Below, piece after piece: positions 38,401-49,900 of a DNA stretch of 64,000 nucleotides. The stretch lies in NCBI GenBank assembly GCA_051294375.1, contig CM119271.1, positions 10,729,376 to 10,793,375 of the forward strand, written 5' to 3'. The position numbers and the translations under genes were made by a program. A model generated the notes under the pieces. The model did no database searches. It saw only the letters and a list, made by a program, of their open reading frames with translations, and was not told the origin of the DNA. Source of the DNA: Paraspadella gotoi (taxonomy: Eukaryota > Animalia > Chaetognatha). Positions within the stretch are counted from its first letter, which is position 1. The number at the start of each line of letters is the position of its first letter.

Positions 38401-40888
38401 ATCCAACAGTACAGGAGCAATTATAAAAGCTCTTGTAATAGTAACAAGTTGCTCCATTTAAACAAGGATTTGAAATGCACCAGTTTTGTTCTAAAATATT
38501 TTTTTTTGTTATTCATTACTATCTATTAACAGCAATAAAATGAATTACTATACTTCTAGTAATGATAAAAATAGTTCTTTTATTTTTATTTATAGAAATT
38601 TACTTCATAAAAAAATATTTACCTTTTTCACATGTAGGCCCCTCCCATCCAGGAAGGCATGAACAATTGAATGAATATAAATTATCAGAGCATAAACCTC
38701 CATTCTTGCAAGGATGAGATGCACAATGATTTATGGCTAAAGAACAAAACAAATAATAATTGGGTCTTTACCAAGTTTGTATTCTCCATCAATACCTTCA
38801 GAACAATTTTGTCCCTTCCATCCATTGGAACAAGAGCAATTGTAGAAATTCCTAAAGTTGTTGCAAGTTGCTCCATTCAGGCAAGGATTGGATTTGCAGA
38901 GATTTCTTTCTGTATTAAATTGTATTCAAGGAATAAAATTGCAAGTTTTGATCAAGTTCTTGGGCAGATAATGTGTTTTAGATTTTTCTGAAAACCATGA
39001 CAAAGTAAATTACTGTTTTCACAAGTTGGTCCTTCCCATCCAGAGATGCAAGAGCAATTAAAAGAATTTATGTAGTTAGAACATGATCCTCCATTTTTGC
39101 AAGGGTTTGAGTAACATAAATTTATTGCTGAAGAACAAAATTTTTTTTGTATTGAGACATCAATCACTTCTTGTGCTACAATTCTTGAGTTTACCTTTTG
39201 AACAATTTTGGCCTTCCCATCCACTGGCACAAGAGCAGAAGAGAGAGAGCGAGGAGGCTGCAGTCGATCCTGCCATCTATTGCTCGGACTTTGTTTTGTA
39301 GTCATGGGCGTCCATGACTACCGCAAGCTCTTCCCTTGTCCGCGGGAATGAACCCATGATCTGCCTGATTGCGTTGAAGTGAGGCCAATGGCCTTGGCCG
39401 CTAACTTCTTTCCGACATTTGGCGGGGCGGAGCCTCTGTTTGGCGTTGGAGCCATCCGCGCCGCTGCCGCCGAAGGTGAGCCGGCCGTTCGGGCTTGTTG
39501 GATCCTAGGAGTCTCGCTCCTGTTCTCTACCGACAATGAGGTAAATGGCAGGTAATTTAACAGAGCGTTTGGAACAAAAGATAAGCCCTTAAACGTAAAA
39601 CATGATCTTCATCGCTGCTTTAGAGTATATGAAGGATGCATTGATGAGCCAAACGGTCTTGCGCAGTTCGGATTTCGTTTATCCGTTAAACCGGAAATAA
39701 TTCATGCGTTGTCGGTTTTCGCCTATCCTTGAACGATGCTGTTCTCGGGCATAAACGTGTCCGGAGTAAATCCAATTTTGCTTTTTGGCGTTCCTTGGTC
39801 GCTCGGAAGATTTCGGCGGCGGTCATTCTCGCATGCGGTGTCGCCCAGGATGCAAATTTCCGTTGCGAGAGCAGTTCGGGCAGCGAGTTCTCATCACACT
39901 ACGACCGGTTGCGTACCGAGATAGGTAGCGCTGGCCATAAGCACTTATGACAGAGCGGAGGTCAAAGTAAAGTTGGAGAGTAAGACACGTTTGGCACTTC
40001 TGTAAATGAGGCCCGTAATACCATTAACTCTTATACTTCACTATAAAATAATAATTGCTTAACTATCCTCACCTTCATATTTCCTTCAACATTTCAAATT
40101 TCACAAAGTTTCATCTTCACTAACTTATTTATTTCACAGTAACGTTGAGATGATATATAACTGACCATGTTGTCACTAGCTATTAGAGAGAGCAATATTT
40201 TAATGCTTTGTTGTACAATTGCACAATGTGATTATTTCAAAGTTCTCTCCACTCTCCTCCTACTCCTTCTCTCATCTCTCTCTCTCTCATCTCTACATGT
40301 TCCAATTTTTTCACAAACTGGCTCTATTTGTTTCAACCTTAAATCTGTCCCTACAATTGACCACTACCTTCTCAAGCTCTGTGTTTGGAAATAACTTGCC
40401 CTCTCTTCTCTCATCTCTCTCCATCCTCTCACTTCTTCTTTTATGAATAATTTGTTTCAAATTCACTAACTTTTTTAATGGCTGAAGCTACTTTGAGCTC
40501 TATCTTGATGAACTACTGGCACACACACCTAAACATAATTGCTTACTAATTCGAGCCTCTATTATCCTTCGACTTTCAAATTTTCACAAGTTTTCATCTT
40601 CACAACTTAATTTCATTCAGTTTACAGAGGTAGTTTACACTGATCGAAATCATGAGTAGAGAGTATATGAGAGACAATATTTATATCTCTCTTTGTTGTA
40701 CAATACGCGCAACAATGTATTATTTTTCAAGTTCTCTCAATCTCATCTCTCTCCTTCTTGTCTTCTCTCTCTCCTTCTACTCTCTCACCATTTAATTTCT
40801 TTTTCCACAAACTGGCTCTATTGTTCACCTTAAATCTGTCCTCCCAATTGACCACTATCCCTTTCTCCAACTCGTGTTGTGGAAACTT

Positions 40889-40933
<45 letters not shown>

Positions 40934-43900
40934 ATCTCTCACTCTTTCTTTATGCACATAATTTGTTTCAAAATTCACTAACTTTTTTAAAATTGCTGAA
41001 TGAAGGCTTTGTAGTTAAGCCGAAACATGTCCGTTTTTACTAAAAAATAAACATCGTTGTTTGAAAATTCATTCAAACTTTTCTTAATAAGTATTAGCAC
41101 AACGTAAAAGAAAGGAGTTATACGCACAATTTTTTTTGTTGAAAATTATCGTCACTTTCCCCGGTTTACCTCGATTCTTACTCCTTCGCCTCCTCAAGCA
41201 GACGATTCCCAGAATGAGGACGATGACCACGAAAACGACCACGCTGACCACAGCGGCGATTGTGGTCGTGGAGGAAACAGCCGCCGGTGGTTCTGTAAAA
41301 AGTCGTGGAAAAAATAAAATGGATCAAAAATATTAACCTTTCGCTTCTCCCCGGAAAAAAGTATTGTCTTGTGTATATTCACACCGCCTCACATCTACCA
41401 TCCTTCAGCCAATACCATTGGCTCAGAGGGGGAACGCACCATCCCAATCGTTGCGTTTGGATCCACAGTCCTTACGACTTCCCCTGCGAAGCAAAGCGAG
41501 TCCGTCCTAGGGTAACCGCGCCAGTGACTGGAGGCGTCACTGAAGGTCGGAAGCCCAACAACAGTGAGATGAAGCCCCATCCTAATGGGCATCACAGGCA
41601 ACCGACTGTTGCCTTAGTCTACACATTCTGGTACATGTGTCATTAATCACAAAATTTAATATTCAAGTTACCCTCGTATTTTTACATCGATCTGCTTCAC
41701 GAGCATTACAGCACCTGAGGTAAACGTAAACGTTTGAAAAGTAACATTTGAAAAAAATGTTATTATTAAAAATTTGTACCATAAGGAGAAGTGAGCTTGA
41801 CTTTTCCTTCTTTATCTGGGATTTGAAACTTTCAAATGCTCGCGGATTCGCCAACCTGAAAATCATTAAGTTGTAGCAGTTGTTATTACTGTTATTACGC
41901 GCGTTGGAAAATAAAGAAAGCAAAATAAAAACATCTTAACGTTGTTGATATTAAGTTACCTTGAACCTAACAATCACTGATCCGGTAGAACCTCGACGTT
42001 GAGTACTTCATTATCAGAGATCCCCAATGATGTGGCAATCTTTAAAGTGAAAAATAAACAAAAATGTAAAAAAAAAGTCATGAGCATATTCTAACTTTAA
42101 AAAATTTTAGAGACAAGCCTGGGGTTTGAGATGGAATATAAATTCTTCTTTATTTCGCACAACTTTAGTAAAATTTGCGTCGAGTGTTAATAGTAACATC
42201 GATGAGATTTTGCGTTGGTTTCTTAACTGTAATGTAATATGTAAACTAACGAAGAATCAAAGATAAAATTTTACAATAAAAGACTCAGTATTTTATTTTT
42301 TCGGAAATAGAGGTCAATTTAAAAAACAATTTCTGTATTATACCATATTCGCAAGTTTTTCCATCCCAACCCGGACGACAAGAGCAATTAAAGGAATGCC
42401 CAAGCTTCAAGCACGTCCCTCCATTTTGACAAGGGTTCAAAGGCAGAGGTTAATTGCTGCGGAAATAAATCACTGAAACTTTATAAAGGCAATAATCACA
42501 TAGAACCAGCTCTAATGAGCTTTTAGTTTTTCTAATAGTTTGAGAACTATAGTTATTTTACAAAATTTAGCAAATAATATATTTCTCTATTCTATTCTTA
42601 AAAAAGAAATTAATTTACCATCTTCACAAGTTAATCCCTCCCATCCAGCGAGACAAGAGCAATTGTAAGAATGTTCATAATTGAAACATGTTCCCCCATT
42701 CTTGCAAGGGTTGGAGGAACAGTGAATTTATCGCTGTCAAGCAAAACATGTATTTATTGGGTGCCTTTCTTGGAGACACAAGATTATCTGGGTACTTCGA
42801 ACGTTTTGTCCCTCCCATCCAACGGTACAGGAGCAATTATAGAAATCTGGAAGTTGTTACAAGTTGCTCCATTAAAAAGGTTTTTGATGCACCAATTACG
42901 TTCTAAAAACATTTTCATTGTTCAATAACCTAAAAATATTTTCAATAAAAGACGTTTTCGTTAAATTACCATTTTCACAATGTTTGTCCCTCCCAATCCA
43001 GGAAGGCATGAGCAACTGAATGAATCACCAAGAATTTAAGCATAAGCCCCCATTTTTGCAAGGTTGTGAGAAACACTGGTTAATCGCTTGGGAACAAATC
43101 ATAATTTTAACTGCACATAAATTTTACTAAATTGTTAAATAATAATTTTTTTATATATAATACCTTCAGAACAATTTTGCCCCTCAATCAGTAGAGCAAG
43201 AGCAGTTGTAGAAATTCCTAAAGTTATACAAGTTCCTCCATTCAGGCAAGGATTATATAGGCAGAAATTTTTTTCTGTGTGAGAATTTTGATTTATTATT
43301 AAAAAAATCAACATTTTTTTAGTTTTATTTTTAAGATTAATTTATTTTAACACTTTATTTAATATTTAACACTTTATTATATTTTAAACTTTAATATTTT
43401 ACACTTTAATTATATTTTTAAAATTTTTCAAAGGATATTACAGTCTCACAAGTTGGTCCCTCCCATTCGGATGGACAAGAGCAATTAAAAGAAGTCAAAT
43501 CATTAAAACATGATCCTCCATTTTTGCAAGGGTTTGAATAACAGAGATTTATGGCTGAGTAAAAAAAATTTGTGGTTAAAATTCAAACCTTCATGTGTGA
43601 CTATTCATAAGTTTACCTACTGAAACAGTTTTGCCCTTTCCAACCACTGGCACAGGAGCAATTGTAAAAGCTTTTATATAGTTATGACAAGTTGCACCAT
43701 TGAAACAAGGATTGGAGGTGCACCAATTCTGATCTGATTGATAAGATATGATTTAATGGTATAAACTTTATTTTAAATATTTAACATAATTGAGAAAGTT
43801 TATGATTGAAGGAATTAACCCTTTTCACAAGTTGGTCCCTCCCATCCAAATAGGCAAGAGCAATTAAAAAAAAATTTGTAACTAGAGCATAATCCTCCAT

Positions 43901-46900
43901 TTTTACAAAGGGTTTGAATAGCAGTTTGTCAATCACTGTAAAAATGCTAATTTTTTGTCTACTTTTGTGATAAGAATAGCTAGATTATTACCTTCAGAAC
44001 AGTTTTTTCCTTTCCAGCAGGAGAACATGTACAATTGTAGAAGTTCTTGAAGTTGTTACAAGTGGCTCCATTTAAACAAGGATTAGACTTGCAAAATTAT
44101 TCTCTAACATTGGATTTAAAAATTGGTTGATTGATCATATTCTAGGTTATTTTTATTTAATAGATATAAACAAAAATACATTCTTTTAAAACCTTAATTT
44201 ACAATCTCGCAGGTCGGTCCCTTCCAGCCAGAAAGACAAGAACAGTTGAATGAATCTCTGCATTATAACAAATCCCTGATTTTTGCAAGGATTGGAGTAA
44301 CAATGATTAACAACTGTTAAGTAGAACATGGTCTCTTTTAGCAAACATGAAGAGGTTTTTTTTGAAATATTCAGATTTAAATTTTTGTACCTTCTGAACA
44401 GTTTTGCCCCTCCCATCCAATAGCACAGGAACAATTGTAAAAGCTCTTAAAGTTGTTGCATGTAGCTCCATTTAAACAAGGATTTGAGATGCACCAGTTT
44501 AGTTCTAAAATGTTCCTCTTAGTATCTTAATAAAAAACAATATAATATTACTAAATTTATTTACCTCTCTCACATGTTGTCCTTCCCATCCAGAGATGCA
44601 AGAGCAATTAAAAGAATTTATATAGTTAGAAACATGATCCTCCATTTTTACAAGGGTTTGAATAACAGTGATTCATGGCTGAGAAACAAAACATTTTTTT
44701 GTGTTGAGACATCAAACACAGCTTGCACTACAATTCATGAGTTACTTCTGACAATTTGGCCTTCCCATCCACTGGCACAAGAGCAGTTGTAATAGTCTTG
44801 AAGTTGTTACAAGTTGCTCCATTGAAACAAGATTAGAGATGCACAAATTTTGTTCTGATTTAAGGTGAGAGGATATTACATTTTAAAAAAATCTTTACTA
44901 TTGATGTTACTCACCATCTCACAAGTAGTCCTCGCCATCCAGAGAGGCAAGAGCAATTGAAATAATTTTTATAGTTAGAGCATACTCCTCCATTTTACAG
45001 GGATTTGGGTAACAGTTGTTTATCACTTAAATAAATAAAGTTAAAACATTTTTAGCTCTTTATCTGATTACAATTACAACTTATAGATCTAAAAATGAAT
45101 ATTACCTTTAGAACAGTTTTTTCCCTTCCAGCCAGGGGAGCAAGTACAATTGTAGAAGCTTTTAAAATTGTTGCAAGTTGCTCCATTCAAACAAGGATTA
45201 GACTTGCACAAATTAGTTACTAAATAGAAAACTTTCTTTAATAATACATGTCTAAATTTTAAACAAAGGTTTGAATAAACAGTGTTTTTTGACTATAAAT
45301 AAATATTGTTGTCAGTTAAAAAGAATAAAAATTTCATGGTACCTTCTGAGCAGTTTTGGCCTCCCATCCAACAGTACAGGAGCAATTATAAAAGCTCTTG
45401 TAATAGTAACAAGTTGCTCCATTTAAACAAGGATTTGAAATGCACCAGTTTTGTTCTAAAATAATTTTTTTTTGTTATTCATTACTATCTATTAACAGCA
45501 ATAAAATGAATTACTATACTTCTAGTAATGATAAAAATAGTTCTTTTATTTTATTTATAAGAAATTTACTTTATAAAAATATTTACCTTTTTCACATGTA
45601 GGCCCCTCCCATCCAGGAAGGCATGAACAATTGAATGAATTAAATTATCAGAGCATAAACCTCCATTCTTGCAAGGATGAGATGCACAATGATTTATGGC
45701 TAAAGAAAAAACAAATTAATAATTGGGTCTTTACAAGTTTGTATTCTCCATCAATACCTTCAGAACAATTTGTCCCTTCCATCCATTGGAACAAGCAAAT
45801 TGTAGAAATTCCTAAGTTGTTGCAAGTTGCTCCATTCAGGCAAGGATTGGATTTGCAGAGATTTCTTTCTGTATTAAATTGTATTCAAGGAATAAAATTG
45901 CAAGTTTTGATCAAGTTCTTGGGCAGATATGTGTTTTAGATTTTTCTGAAAACCATGACAAAGTAAATTACTGTTTTCACAAGTTGGTCCTTCCCATCCA
46001 GAGATGCAAGAGCAATTAAAAGAATTTATGTAGTTAGAACATGATCCTCCATTTTTGCAAGGGTTTGAGTAACATAAATTTATTGCTGAAGAACAAAATT
46101 TTTTTTGTATTGAGACATCAATCACTTCTTGTGCTACAATTCTTGAGTTTACCTTTTGAACAATTTTGGCCTTCCCATCCACTGGCACAAGAGCAGTTGT
46201 AATAGTCTTTGAAGTTGTTACAAGTTGCTCCATTGAAACAAGGATTGGAGATGCACAAATTTTGTTCTGATTTAAGGTGACAGGATATTAAATTTAAAAA
46301 ATATATTTTCTATTGATGTTACTCACCATCTTCACAAGTTAGTCCTCGCCATCCAGAGAGGCAAGAGCAATTGAAATAATTTTTATAGTTAGAGCATACT
46401 CCTCCATTTTTACAGGGATTTGGGTAACAGTTGTTTATCACTTAAATAAATAAAGTTTAAACATTTTTTAAGCTCTTTATCTGATTACAATATACAACTT
46501 ATAGATCTAAAAATGAGTATTACCTTTAGAACAGTTTTTTCCCTTCCAGCCAGGGGAGCAAGTGCAATTGTAGAAGCTTTTAAAATTGTTGCAAGTTGCT
46601 CCATTCAAACAAGGATTAGACTTGCACAAATTAGTTACTAAATGAGAAAACTTTCTTTAATAATACATGTCTAAATTTTAACAAAGGTTTGATAAACAGT
46701 GTTTTTTGACTATAAATCAAATATTGTTGTCAGTAAAAAGAAATAAAAATTTTNNNNNNNNNNNNNNNNNNNNNNNNNCATGGTACCTTCTGAGCAGTTT
46801 TGGCCCTCCCATCCAACAATACAGGAGCAATTATAAAAGCTCTTGTAATTGTAACAAGTTGCTCCATTTAAACAAGGGTTTGAAATGCACCAGTTTCGTT

Positions 46901-49900
46901 CTAAAAGAATTTTCTTCTTATTCAGTACTATCTTTACGGCATTTAAATTAATTACTGTATTATTTCTAGTAATGAAAAGAATAGTTTTTTTTATTTTTAT
47001 TTATAAGAATTTACTTTATAAAAAAATATTTACCTTTTTCACATGTTGTCCCCTCCCATCCAGGAAGGCACGAGCAATTGAATGAATCAAAATTATCAGA
47101 GCATAAACCTCCGTTCTTGCAAGGATGCGATGCACAATGATTTATGGCTAAAGAACAAAACAAATTATAATTGAGTATTTACCTAGTTTGTATTCTCCAT
47201 CAATACCTTCAGAACATATGGTACCATCTCCATCATTGGAAGCAATGGTAGACAATTGAAGAAATACCTAGTTGTGCAAGGCTCATTCAGTGCAAGGATA
47301 TGGATTTGCAGAGATTTCTTTCTGTATTAAATTGTATTCAAGGAAAAAAATCGCAAATTTTGATCAAATAATGTGTTTTAGATTTTTCTGAAAACCATGA
47401 CCAAGTAAATTACTGTTTTCATAAAGATGCAAGAGCAATTAAAAGAATTTTATATAGTTAGAACATGATCCTCCATTTTTGCAAGAGTTTGAATAACAGT
47501 GATTTATGGCTGAGGAACAAAACATTTTTTTTGTGTTGAGACATCAAACACAGCTTGCGCTACGATTCATGAGTTTACCTTCTGAACAATTTTGGCCTTC
47601 CCATCCACTGGCACAAGAGCAGTTGTAATAGTCTTTGAAGTTGTTACAAGTTGCTCCATTGAAACAAGGATTGGAGATGCACAAATTTCGTTCTAATTTG
47701 AGGTGACATGATTCAAATATTAACAAAATAAATCAAAAAGTTTACTGTTTATATAACTTACCCCTTTCACAAGTTGGTCCCTCCCATCCCGACAGGCATG
47801 AGCAATTAAAATAATCTTTATTATTAAAGCATAACCCTCCATTTTTACAAGGGTTTGATTGACAATTGTTCATCACTGTAGATAAAAGATTTTATAATTT
47901 AAATTTAGTGGTACTGATCTACGAGCCAATAAGAAAAATAAAATAAAATTCAGCTCCTTGTATTTTGATGCTAGTGCGGAGTACAATAAGTATTCCCCGA
48001 TCTAATACTTAAGGGAGTGGTCTTTTCATACAATTGAAACATTCTTTGAAATATTTTCCACTTCATTGATAGGGAAGCCAGGTACTCTGGGAGTGAATAA
48101 ACGAGACTGTGAGAGAGTCTTGATTGAAAGCTTGCAGGGACCTGCTATGTCATTATCTTGTAAGAGTGATGGAGGCCTTAAACCACCAAAGCCTGTCCAA
48201 AGTCAGGGGCAAGATAGCTTATTTATTAAATGAATGGATAATTTTATATTGGTTGTACCAATTTCATAAGAACTTGTCTGACTAACTTTTAAATATCATG
48301 AGCTGTATTAATTTATTTATAATCAGGATATTTGAAATAGTATTAGAGTTAACCGGATTCTTTTGTTAAAAATATTACCTTCTGTGCAATTATCTCCTGT
48401 CCAACCAGAGGAGCAAGTGCATATGAACAAAGCAGGAATGTTTAAACCAATAGTATTTGAGCAAGTTCCTCCATTAGCGCAGGGATTTGGCTGGCACACT
48501 GGTTTTTCTATAATTTTTAAAATAATGATAAATAAATAACATAAAAATAGAATTTTGTCGATTTTGAACTTTGTTATTGTTCTTTTTGTGTTTTTTTTTA
48601 ATACAATATTTTTTTTCTTTTTGACATCATTAATTTCATATTTTAATGTAATGTATGTATTTATAAACATATATCTTAATATACTGTATATTTGACAGAT
48701 CCGTTTTTAAGCACTCACCATTTTCACAAGTTGGTCCCTCCCATCCAGAAAAACAAGAACAATTAAATGTATCCACATTATTGTAGCACGATCCCCCATT
48801 TTTGCAAGGGTTTGAATAACAATGATCAATTGCTATGACGAAAAATTTGAATGCATTGCTGCTCTTATAACGAGATCAATTTTACAGCAAGATTACCTAG
48901 AGAACAGTTTTCTCCCTCCCATCCACGTCCGCAGGAGCAGTTGTAAAAGGTAACAAAATTTTGGCACGTTGCTCCATTGAGACAAGGATTGGATACGCAC
49001 AAGTCTTTTTCTAAACCCAAAAGGAAATATTGATCTATTATTAAAACTAGTTTGATTATTATAATTATTATTATTATTATTATTATTATTATAATAACCT
49101 TCGCTGCAATTGAATCCCTTCCACCCAAAGGGACACAGGCATTTGTAAGAATTGTTTTCAGCGTAGCAAGTTCCTCCGTTTAAGCAGGGACTGGACTGAC
49201 ATTCAACGCTTGCTGTTTTGATATAACCATATTAATAATAAAACATCGTAGTCAACAGTTTTTCCATGGCATTTGATACTTACGTTGGGAACAGTTGTCG
49301 CCTTGCCATCCGCCCAAACAGACGCAAATAAAACTATCGGAAAGATTAACGCATGTCGCTCCATTCATGCAAGGCTTTGAGCTGCACGCGTTTGCCGGGA
49401 GATAACCTGCATAGATTTTTGAATAAGAAATATTGGGAATACTAATGTAGTAAAGGAGGTAGAAAAGTTTTTATACGTATTATTTGATTTTGTAGAAAAA
49501 TTATAGGTACCTCCTTACCATAGATTTTGTTCCGTATATCTTGTCCCCTTATGATGGCGTTTTGAACTCCGCTATCTCTCAGACCAATTTCAAAGAGTCC
49601 CTCTTGATGAACAGATTGTTTCGCCGTAGCTAAGGATGCTCCCGATTCGATTAATTCTTCAACGATCAAAGTTAATCGCAACCGAATCGTCATTCTCAAC
49701 GCCGTTTCTCCCGCCAAAGTTTTGGCGTCGATTTCAATCCTACTCTCGATGAGAAATTTCGTCAGTTTTACGTAGCCCCTCGAGCTAGCTTTGTGCAAGG
49801 CCGTTTCCCCTTCCACATCGGTTGCGTTCACACGCGCCCCCTTTGATACAAGAAATTTCGCAAGCGTTAAGTCATCGTTAAATATCGCGAAGTGCAAAGG

